Of a stretch of 64,000 bases of DNA, positions 23,575 to 36,769 are shown piece by piece. The DNA is from Eledone cirrhosa (lineage: Eukaryota), in contig OZ024741.1 of the NCBI GenBank assembly GCA_964016885.1, positions 224,192,001-224,256,000 of the forward strand. The letters run 5' to 3'. The translations under genes and the position numbers were made by a program. Position 1 is the stretch's first letter; each line of letters opens with the position of its first letter. The notes beneath the pieces were generated by a model. It had not been told where the DNA came from. It did not search any database and worked only from the letters and a program-made list of their open reading frames with translations.

Positions 23575-24420
23575 AAAGAGCGGTAAAAGTGGGTGATATG
23601 AAGCTGGTAGAGGGCCTCAGTCCTGTAGAGGTCCATGCACCATACCACCATGTTACTGCCTTTATTGATGGGTTTAATGACAGTGTCATTGCAGGGCTGT
23701 AAGCTGCGCAGTGCTGGGAGCTGGGCCTGAGTAAGGTTGGTGTGATGAGAACACTTGTAAAAATTGCAGGAGTCAAGGGCACTGAATTGGCTGGAGCTCA
23801 GTGTGATTGTCGGTGGCTGAAAAATGTGAAGCAGTCTGCTTGGACTGATGATGGCGTGTCACGGAAAAATGCTTGGAGTTTTAGGCAATGTAAAAAACGT
23901 TTAACATCAGTATGTGTTTGGAATTTATCGCAAGTGGATGTGGTGGGTATGAAGTGCAAGCCCTTGATGAGGAGGGAGCACTCAGCTTCAGTGAGTGGTA
24001 TGTCTTGGGATAGGGTGATAACTGTAAGGGAGATTCTTGAGGGAGAGAAAGTAAGGGAGGCAGAGGGGCTGTGGTGGTTAAGAGTGGCATGGGCGGAGTC
24101 AGTGGTGGGGAGAGAATTGGGGGTAGGGGCGATGAAGGAAGGAGCCGTAGGTGACAGGAAAATTGGGTTAGGGCTGGAGGTGGGGTGGGTGCGTGTGGTG
24201 TTGGTAGACAGGGAGCAGAGTGAGTTGAGTTTTTGTTTTTTGGCAGAGGTGAGAAAATTGAGAGGAAGCAATTGAGGTGGAGGATGAATTAGATGAAGAG
24301 GGGGTGGCAAGTAGAGGAGAGAAGGTAGGTTTTGGGAGATCTCGGTCGAGAGAACGGATCTGAGAGAGGGTGGAACGGAGGGTCACCCACATGAGGTGGC
24401 AAGAGGAGCAGGTAAGGATG
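23575..24420 (-). pseudogene. Penelope-like retroelement ORF fragment (N-terminal region preceding RT core), frameshifted
   Basis: VITLSQDIPLTEAECSLLIKGLHFIPT...DVKRFLHCLKLQAFF (ORF 23798-24310), then in another frame NLTQAQLPALRSLQPCNDTVIKPINKGSNMVVW...YRTEALYQL. These match the PLE motifs NLS..L...E..LL.KGL.F.P and NLT..E..AL..L....DIVIKPADKG..VV. Confidence 0.8.
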
Positions 24421-25695
24421 TGTTGAGTGGCGGGAGCAAAGTAAGAGGTGGAATGGAAGTTGAAGCAGAAACTAATTCAGAGCAGGATATCTTGTATTGT
24501 TCTTATGTTGACATTTTAAAATCTGAAAGTGATGGGTTTTTTCAATGCTGGATGTGATAAGTATTCTAAGCTATGTTCTAATCTATAGTTAAAGTGGAAT
24601 GAAGTGTGGTTGTACATCTGTCTATGTTAGCCCCTGGGTGTTGAGTTCTAGTTTGTTGTTGATTTCATCATTATTTTTAACATTAAATGTCCTATTTGTA
24701 TTGCTGTAGCCTTCTAAGAAAACACATTATGGTTTACACTTAACACAATGCTTCAAGCAAACTACAAAACCTTTTTATTTGTTTAGTTGTCAATTGGTCA
24801 GTCAGTTAAAAAACTAACAATATCAATAATCAAAAAAGGAAAGGAGTCAATTATCAGATTGGACCAAGGACACAATATATCCGTTGCTTATATTATCTGC
24901 CAGTCACAAATCCTGGCAGAAGGAACAGCATGAAATAAGTATTTTGCTCAAGAATATGTGCCACTTAGTCCAGAAATTGAACCCATGATCCTGTGTCTAT
25001 TAGGTCATGTTCCTTCCTTACTCAGATAAGGAGTGGCAGTACCCATGACTTTTGTAGGCTATTTCAAATTGATGAGGTTGATTTTGTGGTTAACATTCTC
25101 TTTAAACATATGCTTGTAACAACTTATATATTCAACATAGGATACATTGAAAAAAGCTCACTTTCTCTTTAACCCTTTACCATTTACATTACTCTATATA
25201 TACTATTGTATTTTCACAGTAAAGGCTTTACCTCATGGAATTATCTAACATAATATCGAATCTATGAGATTTTGATATTATTTATTTTGGGAACAATACC
25301 TTAACATCAGTATGAGTGGCCAGTTACAGCTGGTTTGAACAGAAAGAGGTGAGAGAATTCTGGCTGGATATTTTACAAGAATACAACATATTGCCTGGTT
25401 CAGGAATTAAACCCATGACCCTACAATTGTGAGTCCAACTCATTAACTAATAGGCCGTGCACCTTTATTAATATTCAAGATATCACTTAAAAAGAAAGGC
25501 AACATTTGTAGAAACTCCTCCCAAGCTGTTAAAGTTAGAAAACTGAGTGAACAAGGGACAATATCAGTCCTGTGTCTATTATGATGCTTTCAGACACAGA
25601 AGGAGTAGGCAGCATGAAACAGAACAATAATGTAATGCATGGTACAGTGTACAGGCTTCTACACAACCAAATGTGGACAGAAGGAAACTGAGAAA

Positions 25696-27360
25696 CATCA
25701 TCATCATTTTATGTCTGCTCTTCCATGGGATGGATGAATCCTCTTAAGCTCCAGCTTCCTCCACTCGTCATCACTTCTTTCAGGTTCAGTGTTGTCAGAT
25801 AATTTCTCACCACCCCTGTTCAGATCTTTCTTGATTTTCCTCTATGGTAGCTACCTTCCACTTGGATTTCCTGGTACTTCTTCACCCAGTGTTCCTCATC
25901 TATATACATCACATGTTTAAACCAATACAGTCTCTTCTTTCTTGCACACAACTGATCCTCTCAGTTCACCCACACCCTGTCATTCATGCACATTAGCACT
26001 GCATATCCAATGGAGCATGCTCGTTTCATTTTTCTCCAGTCTCCATATTTCCTCTGCATTTCCCATCTATATATCTCACTGCCATGCAACATTGCACTGT
26101 GCATGCAGGCATCATGCAATCTATCCTTTGTTGTCAACAGAGGAAGTAAGTAGCTCCTTAAATTTTTAACAGCCTGTTCTTATTTTGGCTACTATGCAAA
26201 CCTTAATGTTGATGCCTTTAAGCAGTCCAGACCAGACAACAAGAGTCTGCCAATGAAAACACAAAAAGCCATCAACCAAAGAGCAGCATAATTTATTGCA
26301 GCCTAGTAAATGCTGTATTCAAGTACACAGCTAACATGGATTACTCTTTTATTAGTGCAGTGACAATTGGCTACATGTCAGAAGTATGCTGGCACTGTGG
26401 AACAAAAAAGAGGATCAATGTGTTATTACAATTGAAAAGTTGTTTAACCTCTACTGTCTGAGCCATCAGAGCCACTGAACTGACTGCTGCTAGCCTTTAC
26501 ACTGGAGTCTAAATATGTAAAGTGATGTTTTTGATGCCAGCCATGCCAAAAAAGCATGCACTGCACTCTGTAAGGTCATAGTGCTGGTGCTATGAAAAAA
26601 TAGCTCACAGTACATGCTGTAATGTGGTTGATATTAAGAGGGGCATCCAGCTGTAGAAAACCCTGACCTGTCTAGCCTCATAACGTGACAGTCCATCTAA
26701 CCTATGTAAGTATGGATAATAGATGTTAAACAGTGATAATGATTATGATGATCAGAACCTATAACTTGGCAGTTCAAATGACAATTTTCAGAGCTAGCAC
26801 CCTAACAGAAGTGGTCTTTATGTCAACATTGCTAAGTTTACTTTGAAGGATCTTGCTTCTTAGTTTTGTTTCCATGTTTGGATTTTATATCTAAATCTTC
26901 TGATTAAGCTTTAAGAACAGTCTGTTGGCATATAGGATAGGAGTTCCCACAGACAGCTTGGCTTATACTTTTATTATGGCCTGGAGAACTATAATAAACA
27001 AGAATGGAGAGAGAACTGAGCCTTGATAAACACCTACATTTCACACTAAATTCATTGCCAACTTTCAATTTGTTCATAGCATCTCTGTACATGGCTTGCA
27101 CCACTCTCACAAGCTATTCATTTACACCTAATTTTCTTAAAGATAACCAAATTACAGACTATGTTACCTTGTCCAATGTCTTCTCCAGATCAATGAATGT
27201 CAGGTGTAGTGGCTTAACTTTACCAGGGAACTGCTTTTGCAGTTATCTCTCAAAGAAGAAAGCATCAGTGGTATCATGACCTGACACATATAAATGACAT
27301 GTTATCTAAACCAATTTCCTTTCAAATAAGTTGTGTTAAGTCTCTTTCTTTTAACTCTTA
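25696..27360 (-). mobile_element. Old RTE LINE fragments
   Basis: Decayed homology to RT (DLEKTLDKV, VQAMYRD) and to the C-terminal region; (TGA)n tail at ~25696; interrupted by an RTE-tail-like repeat at ~26540-26750. Confidence 0.65.
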
Positions 27361-27955
27361 ACATCCTGAAATGATTTAACAGAAAATATTTGAAAACAGG
27401 TTTGGTAATTGAAATTGTTCTATTATCTTTACTAGTGGACAGGTTGTAAAACAACATAGTAAACTAAAGTAGATAATTTAATTTTTAATGTGATAGTCAC
27501 AGTGCTGTTTTGTACTTTTCAAAAATGCCTTGCTAATGTGGTTTCAAATGGCGCAGGACATTAAGAGTTAATTTATAGTCTCTTTAGTAGTGGACAGACC
27601 ATTGTAAAAAAAGTTTGCAGTAAAATAAAGACTCTAATACCCATAATCTGTGCCTTCAACTTCTAACTTTGAACCCTGTAGCATTTACATTACTCCATAT
27701 TTACTATTGTATTTTCGTGGTAAAGGCTTTACCTCACATATCAAATCTGAGATTTTGATATTATTTATTTTGAGAACAACACCTTAATGTCAGTATGAGT
27801 GGCCAGTTACAGCCGGTTTGAACAGAAAGTGTTGAGAGAATTCTGGCCAGATATGGCTGATTTAAATGTTAAAGAATGGTTGATATCAACTAAAGCTTTT
27901 GCTCTTTCAAACTTCAACTGTTAACCAATGCTTATGGAAAAAAAAAACAGAATAT

Positions 27956-27994
27956 TATGCTGATGAAAGTCTTTTATGATTGAAAATTTTGAAT
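27956..27994 (+). ncRNA. Degenerate hammerhead motif in an old repeat
   Basis: CTGATGA a agtc-tttta(t)-gatt GAAA at TT tgaat; paralogous copy at 30321-30360. Confidence 0.45.
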
Positions 27995-28574
27995 AAGACA
28001 CAAGGTTTTATTTCATTACATGCCTTGTTTGGGCTTTTAGCCATTTAAAAGTTTTATATTGTGACAATGCTTTCAAAACTGCCTTGAAACTATATATCCA
28101 ATGACATCTGGGCCAGATGAACAGAGGTAATTTATAATTTACTTTTCCTCCAGCTTTTGAATACTTCATAGAAATATATGTATATATATGTGTATGTACA
28201 TGTCAGGTCACTCTTGAGTGCTACTGGCAACATGTAACCCAGTATGACTTGTCGCATGGTCGGGTTGTTGGCGACTAAACTGGCAACCTTACCAAGCTTG
28301 CTTGGTGAGAAGGGTGATTTTTAAATAGTGTGTGTGTCTGTTTGTATGTATATTATATATATATGTAGGCACACGGAGATGGAAATATTTTGTTTGGTAC
28401 CCGAGTGAGCGCCTCTGGTCCTTATTAGGTCAGCATTTTAGGAGAAGGAAAACTTTGACATAAAACCTGCAACTCAATGGCAGCTAATGATGTTGACTTG
28501 TTCTTTATTGTTCAGAGAATGGGATTGGTCTGATGCAAGGCCTTTTTTAATTTAAAATAGCTTCAAGCTCAGGC

Positions 28575-28842
28575 ATCATCATCATCGTTTAACGTCCATT
28601 TTCCACGCTAGCATGGGTTAGACGGTTTCGTTCCATTTGATGCGGGACTCGCTCATCCAGAAGTGTCTCTGGCAGGGGTTTTACAGCAGGATGCCCTTCC
28701 TAACACCAACCACATTTACAGTGTGGACTGTTGTGTCATCAACACATTGGACGGAATGAGAAGGGGAGGATGGGGTAGGGTGTACATTGGGTTAAGAGGT
28801 GCCTACTGGCTGTAGGTTTGTATGCAATGGCTGTCGGGTCTA
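28575..28842 (-). mobile_element. RTE 3' UTR fragment
   Basis: CATCATCATCATCGTTTAACGTCC tail; similar to 2130-2464. Confidence 0.8.
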
Positions 28843-29315
28843 AACATGAGCATGGGTGGCTGTAGTTGGAAAAGGCATTATTCTTTTTCTTTCATTGTAG
28901 CATATGTGCAGAAAGAAATGGCAGGGTTAAAAAGTGATGTTTGTGTGACCCATGTGCAAGGATAGGATCAAGTGATGACTATATATCTATATATATATAT
29001 ATATATGTATATATATGTGTGTGTGTGTGTGTGTGCAAAAGGCAAACAGAAATAACAAAGCAAACGACACAGAATAATGAAGTAATATATTAGTTTTATG
29101 CTTGATATAGTAGAAAAAGAGTCTTAACGTTTCAGATGCTAGTCTAAAGAAGGAATAGAAAGATTGAGGAGACGGGCAGGGCAGAAATAGAAAACATTTT
29201 TTAGAGAAAAATAACAAGTCCATTCATGTTGCCATCTCTTAGAAAACTGCTAATGCTGTTGTTTTGTGATATACTTTTTTTGAAAAGGTGACATCTATAT
29301 ACATATGTAGTGACT

Positions 29316-29848
29316 CATCATCATCATCATCATCGTTTAACGTCCATCTTCCACGCTTGCATGGGTTTGGACGGGAGTTTTCCCACTTGAGGCAAGATTT
29401 GTTGTCCTGCTCGTATAGGACTGTCTGGCGGGTTTTCTACGGCTGGATACCCTTCCTAACACCAACCACGTTTACAGTGTGGACTGGGAGGTTTTTACTG
29501 TGTTACCTACACGGCCACATTACAGCGTGGACTGTGTGTTTTTTTTGTCGTGACACCTACACCTCATTTGTTTCGGACTGAATGTTGTGGTACCAACATA
29601 ACTTCACATTTAAGGGGGTAGTGTGGATGGGGTGGGGGTAGTGGGACGGGGGTGTATTTTGTTAGAGGTGCCTACTGACTGTAGGTTTCGCTTTGTACTT
29701 AGGTAAGGCGGGTCTTCTGTATTACTGTGTAGCGCCAAAGATCTCGGTCCAGTGACATTGTCTTGGAGAGGTGTAAGTGTGTGAGGTCGGAATTTATCAA
29801 GTCGTCCCAGGTTTTTCTGGGTCTGCCTAGTCCGTGGCTACCGTCTAT
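29316..29848 (-). mobile_element. Young 5'-truncated RTE 3' end
   Basis: Nearly identical to 6456-6997. Confidence 0.9.
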
Positions 29849-30320
29849 TATATATAATCACTATCTTTCAAGTTCTGAAATCTTATACTTAGAAAAGGAA
29901 AAGAAAAATATACTTATATATGAACTCTAATATCTATTTTCCTCATTCAATGTGCCTAACATTTGAGCCTATGATTCTTACTAACTAGCTCTGTTGCTGG
30001 CAGCTTTACCAAGGCCAGGATATATCACTTAAGGCCTTTACTTGTTCAAACGTCGACTCAAGCTTGCTTCACCATTCACCAATGCTAAAAACCTTTCTGA
30101 AATATGTATAGTCTCTACCTTTCAACTTTTGAAATCTCACAATTAGGATAAGGAAAGAAAAAAATATACTCTAATGCCTATAGTCTGTACCTTCAACTTT
30201 TAAAGAATTGATGACATCACCTAAAGCTTTTGCATTGTCAAACTTCAACTCCAGTTTGTCTCACCATTAATCAACGCTAAAAACTTTCTGATGTGGAAAA
30301 AAAAAAAGCATCTTATACCG

Positions 30321-30360
30321 ATTCACTGATGAAAGTCTTTTAAGATTGAACATTTTGAAT
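30321..30360 (+). ncRNA. Degenerate hammerhead motif (paralog of 27956-27994)
   Basis: attca CTGATGA a agtct-ttta-agatt GAAc at TT tgaat; stem I attca/tgaat intact, GAAA mutated. Confidence 0.45.
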
Positions 30361-31159
30361 GAAACAGGTTTAATTTCTTTATACATTGTTTGGGCTTTTA
30401 GTAATTAAACATTTTTTTATTTATAAAAGACTTTGATTTTTAATGTGATAGTCACAGTGCTGTTTTGTACAAGAGTGTTTTGTTAATGTTGTACAGGGCA
30501 TTAAGAGATAATTTCATAATTCTGTCAGTTTCATACCTTTGTAGTTAGCCTTTTCTAAAGCATCTTTTCACTATTACCTGCTTATCATCTTACCCTTTCT
30601 TCCAACATCACTATCATTCTTAGCTATGCACACCCCACCCCACCCCTTTCATATGGGATTCTTAATTGACATCTACCACTTACAATTGTCCTCCATTGCA
30701 ATCCATCACTTGCTCTCTTACCTTCACCTATCTTCATTGCTATCCTATTATGCTGCTCATGCTGTTTTTACCACTCCTATCACTGTTTCACATTCACACT
30801 AATATTTTCTCTCTCGTCATTCCTATTTTTGTCATATCTCTTTTCCTCTATTCACACATTCGGTCATGTTTGCTTGAAAGAACATAGGCAATGTAGAGTT
30901 ATGCTTGTGTGATGATAAAATACACCCAGTAGACTCTGTAAAACGAACAACAAAGGCTGAAAGGACACTTTAGTCTGCCAGAGGACATGATAACCTCTTC
31001 AGTGTTGGTGCCTTGAAAAATGCAGCTAGGACAACCTATAAAATGCATCTAGTCATAGAAACCAAGCCCCAAAATGGAAGATACACCATGTAATGGCAGA
31101 AACTCCTAATAAGAACTGAGTTGTGATGATCTGTCCCCAATTCCATGCTAGCAAGGAAA

Positions 31160-31728
31160 ATTATATATATATATATATTATATATAAATATATATTATAT
31201 ACACACACATTTATATATACATATTATATATACATATATATTATACGCACACACACATATATATATATACATATATATACATATATATATATATAATATA
31301 TATATATATATACACATATTATATATATATACACATATTATATATAAATATATATATATATAGAAATATACATATATATATATACATATTATATATATAT
31401 ACATATATATATATATACATATTATATATATATACATATATATATATACATATTATATATATATATACATATTATATATATATACATATTATATATATAC
31501 ACATATTATATCTATATACATATTATATATAGATACATATATATATATATATATACATATATTATATATATATATACATATATTATATATATATATACAT
31601 ACATATATATACGTGTATCATATATATATATATATATACATACATATATCATATATATACATACAAATATCGTATATATACATATACATATATTTATATT
31701 TATATACGCACATATACATATATACACC
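31160..31728. repeat. Complex (TA)n/(TACA) low-complexity tract
   Basis: Visible. Confidence 0.9.
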
Positions 31729-31972
31729 TGTAGTTTCATTGAAAAGTACACAGAGGAAACAGAAACAGAAACAGTAGCTATTTTAACGTTACGATGAACA
31801 TGTACTCTTAGATGTCTCTTACAGGTTCACGTTAAAAAACATGTACCATGAGGATGGTTGTACATCTACACATACATACATCATATATATTCACATACAC
31901 ATTTACAGCATACATTTTCATATAAACAAATACAGCATGCATATTTATATATGCAGATACAAATACGCCATA

Positions 31973-32715
31973 CATCTTCACATACACATACAGCTACAGA
32001 CATAAATACACATCTTCACATACACATACAGCTACAGACATAAATACACATCTTCACATACACATACAGCTACAGACATAAATACATAAATACACATCTT
32101 CACATACACATACAGCTACAGACATAAATACACATCTTCACATACACATACAGCTACAGACATAAATACATAAATACACATCTTCACATACACATACAGC
32201 TACAGACATAAATACACATCTTCACATACACATACAGCTACAGACATAAATACATAAATACACATCTTCACATACACATACAGCTACAGACATAAATACA
32301 CATCTTCACATACACATACAGCTACAGACATAAATACACATCTTCGCATACACATACAGCTACAGACATAAATACACATCTTCACATACACATACAGCTA
32401 CAGACATAAATACACATCTTCACATACACATACAGCTACAGACATAAATACACATCTTCACATACACATACAGCTACAGACATAAATACACATCTTCACA
32501 TACACATACAGCTACAGACATAAATACATAAATACACATCTTCACATACAGCTACAGACATAAATACATAAATACACATCTTCACATACACATACAGCTA
32601 CAGACATAAATACACATCTTCACATACACATACAGCTACAGACATAAATACATAAATACACATCTTCACATACACATACAGCTACAGACATAAATACACA
32701 TCTTCACATACACAA
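31973..32715. repeat. 38-bp minisatellite with 46-bp variant units
   Basis: Unit CATACACATACAGCTACAGACATAAATACACATCTTCA; some units carry an extra TAAATACA. Confidence 0.95.
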
Positions 32716-33169
32716 ATACACACAATATACATTTTCATATAGACACACACCCAGTATACATATACACATGCACACACATAAAGCTTACATCTACACATAC
32801 AGTATACATCCTTTTAAAACATACATTCATATTTTCCCTCTTTTTCTCACACAGGAATACATACATACATACACACACACACGATAACACAATCACATAC
32901 ATATATACACGCACACGAACCGTCCAATTTGACAGAAATATTTTCAATAATGTTGTAGAATAAGCATACGAATGCGTATATACGCGTGTTTGTGTGTGCG
33001 TGTATATCTGTATGTTGAATAGGGAGAACATTAATGAAATATTTTAAATTGCTGCCCCCCAAATTCTCGACATCATCATTTGATAATGTTTATTTTTTTT
33101 GAATGAAAAAGAGGTGTGTGTATATGTGTGTCAGTCGGTGTTCATCAACGTGTGTATCGGTGAAAGATA

Positions 33170-33730
33170 GCTTGAGATAGAAAGAGAGAGGGAAATGTAT
33201 TTATTAGAGAGAGAAAGCGAGAGATACGCATGTATTAGAGAGAGAAAGAAAAAGAGAGAGAGCTAAAGAGGACTTGAATATGTATTAAAGGGAAAGAGTA
33301 TGTAGATGAAAGAGAGGGCTCGATTAGGTTTTAGACAGATAGAAAAGTATGTGGATGAAAGAGAAAGGTAAAGTATGTATTAGAAAGAGAGAGAGAGAGG
33401 GGGGTAATCGTGAATGTGTTAATGAGAAAGAGAGGGAGTATAGAAGTCAATAATGTGAAAGAGTATTTGAGTAAGAGAGAGGGCGACAGCGAATATATAA
33501 AAAGAGAGCTTGTAATTGAAATGGAGGGAGAGAGAGAGTGAGCGTCTGTCAACAAGACAGTGTTAGGGAGGAGAGTATATTGAAAGACTATGAGTAAGAG
33601 TGAGAAAGGTTTGGGCGAGAGAGAGAGAGAGAGAGAGAGCGTCAATGAGTTATGTTAGTGCTTCCTATATATAGAGAGAAAGGTAGATAGATAGAGAGAG
33701 GAGTGAGTTCTTGTGTGAAAGAGAGTTAGT
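33170..33730. repeat. GA-rich low-complexity tract upstream of the gene
   Basis: Many GAGA runs. Confidence 0.7.
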
Positions 33731-34199
33731 GTGTATCTAGGGTGCCGGTCGGACAGAAATAAATCAATCTCTTACACATTATTTTCTTTAGGGAAGAGTG
33801 ATATATTTATGTTGTAACGTTCATGCATTTCCCATGAGCATCAGCAATTACGCTCCAACTAGAAATTGAAACCGGAATTGTGGTTTGAATCAGTACTATT
33901 TTGTAGAGGAGAAGGGGAGTGTATTTAATAGAATGAGCTACAGTATATGACTGTACTGGTTGGTGTTTATTTTACAGTCAGAAGAAGGCTGAAAAGCAGG
34001 CTTGATTTGAACAGAGAAACAGTGAGGCACTACATTAAATCCTCTCTCTAGTTCGGCCGCATACGCCATCACCACCACTACAAAACAAGACAATCGTCAT
34101 TATAGTAGTAGTGAACACGATAGCAACTATAATATTTTTGAGTTTTAGCAGGAGATGACATAATATGATGGCATTCATCCCTTTTCCCAAATATATGTG

Positions 34200-35776
34200 A
34201 AATAAAATTATTATTACCAGAGATCGAAACCGGGTCGCGGACTACTTTATACTACAGTGCTGGCTACACAATAATAACAACAACAAAATCAATTGCTATT
34301 TGGTAAATGCTAATAGAACACCGTGACAAGGGCAGCTGTGATGGTGGCAGTTGTCTCCCCCTGAACTAGAGTCCTAGAAACCTGTTTGGGAAGTCTTGTG
34401 TCTGTCTTTCTTTCTTTCTCTCTCGTTCGATCTTTCTGTGTCCGTGTGTTCGATATCGCCTACTACCTGTCTTTCTTCTTATTTCTCTTCTTCTCTCTCT
34501 TTCTGTCGTTCTATCGACTGCAGGCAGCAGCAGTGGTGTTGGTGAAACATCAGCGGCGGGAGGATGCGTTATAACGGGAACAGCCGACGTCTCACTCACT
34601 TCAGCTACTATATTGCTTTATCTCCTCCAATCTGAAACAGAGAGAGAGAGAGAGGAAAAAATACATAATAATAATAATGAGAGCAAAACAATCAAAAAGT
34701 GTTCTTTTTCTTCGGTTGATATTTCCTTCATTTGCAATATCTACCATTAACTTCTATAGCTCGGTGGCTTTTGTTAGTATTATTTTTACATCCGCTTGTT
34801 TCTAAACAGAAATATATAAATATTATAGATCTATGAAATATTCTCAGTTAGCATCGAAGGCAGGCCATGCATGTAGGACTGGTTGTCGTAGAGGAAAAAA
34901 GTGAATAAACATAATTGCGTGCTCAATAATATCAGACTTGGCCCACTGCTGACGTCAGTGCGAAAGCCCTTCAGCAAATATGAGCTGGTAGATTTTACTC
35001 CTCCGTAACGTAGAGAGAAAAATCAATTTTTACACAACACTCTCGACATATCTAGTTGTTTTATTGTAAATAATAAATGTCTAAAATGTTCATCTTCTAT
35101 CGCATGTTTTCGTGATGGATACGATATGCTTAAATTTTCCGACATTATTCTAGTTTAATGATCTGGCTTTGTGGAGGGAGGCACTAGCATCAGCTAATTG
35201 AAACGCCAGATTTGAAAAGAATGCCTTAGACGTGTCACAACCCAGATTTTTGTTCTTGCGCTCAGGGAACACTATTGCGAAAAGAATTCCCGAATTTGTT
35301 GGAATCATTATTACACGTTGATAACATGTGTTTTAGGTGAGGAAAACCGTTTGGCGTATCACCATGGTCCTAAATATTCTCATGCCACCGTAAAGGACGT
35401 ATTATGGACCTACATAAAAAAAAGCTTATTGCGTATGAATCTGCTCGTTAAATGTTGGAGATATTCCCGCTTATTGAAGTGTGCCATATAGCTGTGTATG
35501 ATAAGACCATGCTGCCAGCCGACTAACTTTTCCCCCAACTGCATCCTTTTACCCCATCACAAAACACGTGTGTCGAAAGTCTGAAGACAGGTCGGAGAGG
35601 TTTTATAACATTTGGATACTCTTTGGATGTCGACTAGAGGTCGTTCTACAGATTTTTCTCACAGGGTGTGTGCTTTGCATTATGCCTGGGCTACCTGTCA
35701 TTGTGGCCGAAAGGCAGAAGAAATTCGAAGAATTTAAGTCACCTGGAAGTACATGAGAGTGGATTAGTGATCTGAG
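34200..35776 (+). promoter_or_regulatory. Probable promoter / long 5' leader of the ARID1-like gene
   Basis: Unique, TE-free, visibly CpG-richer sequence; CT-rich tract 34400-34510; perfect CRE TGACGTCA at 34950-34957. TSS not determinable. Confidence 0.45.
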
Positions 35777-36550
35777 ATGGAAAATATTAACTCTGAAGAT
35801 GGATTAGATCGTGCTGTTACTACTACGAAGCTACGATCACCGAGTCAAGTCTCAGATTCGAACACAATGGACTCTTTTCAAGATGGTGGCCAGCAAAACA
35901 TGAACTCAGAGCAAAATGATTATACAGCTTCTTTGGACTCTTCTCACGTCAATTCCGAATCCAACAATTATCCACAGAATTCGGGAGATGGAGGTGTGAG
36001 TTCAGATAGTTATGCAAGAATGAATGAAACTATTCATCCTACACAAATACCTGGATTCGGTATGTACGGTAGGGGAAATTACAGCATGGGAGATCAACAT
36101 GGCGCTATGTCTATGCCAGGAAGTTCGGAGTTTTCAAACCAAACCTCGCAATATCATGGACAGTATTTACCAGCTCATGTTCGGCCTGGATTTCCTGGAG
36201 GTCCAAAACCCGGAATGAATCCAATGCGACCAGGAATAGGGGCATCTAGTATGGGAATGATGCCCCCTTCTTATAATCCTGCCTCGACAAGATTAATGTC
36301 TGGTCAAAGCATATCTCAGCAAAGCGGACCAACACCGACCCTAAATCAGCTTTTACAATCTCCGAATTCGGCTCAGAGATATCCGAATAATTACTCAGAA
36401 TACGGAGGTTCTCAAAAAGTCCCTGCTGACATGGGCAGTGTGGCTGGTTACCCTATGCAACAGGCATGGAGTCCCCATCAACGAGGAGCTATAAACGCGT
36501 TCCCACAGACTCAGGGGGCCATATCCGGCTGCCAAGCTTTCCGAAATCAG
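35777..36550 (+). CDS. ARID1: ARID1A/ARID1B (osa/eyelid)-like SWI/SNF subunit, first coding exon (258 codons)
   Basis: ATG in GAGATGG context with in-frame TGA 9 nt upstream; G/P/M/Q/S-rich sequence with SGPTPTLNQLLQSP, matching the LXXLL-containing TPTLNQLL motif of ARID1/Osa N-termini; donor CAG|GTATCC, phase 0. Confidence 0.8.
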
Positions 36551-36704
36551 GTATCCAATCTCATTTTCTCTATTTCTCCAGCCCTGAATCTATAATATAT
36601 TGCATTATGATACCCGTCTGTTTGCCATGTTTTCATTTTTATGTGTTTTATATATCACACCATATATTTATATGTATCTATACCCAGTGTTCTTTTCTCT
36701 TCTG

Positions 36705-36769
<65 letters not shown>

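Noticed and set aside
29120-29250. Minus-strand hammerhead with large loop II
   Set aside because: GAAACGTT and a 4-5-bp stem are present, but the core (CTAAGA) needs indels; not supportable.
36551-36595. ORF extension beyond the donor site
   Set aside because: Read-through into the intron; composition changes abruptly after CAG|GT.
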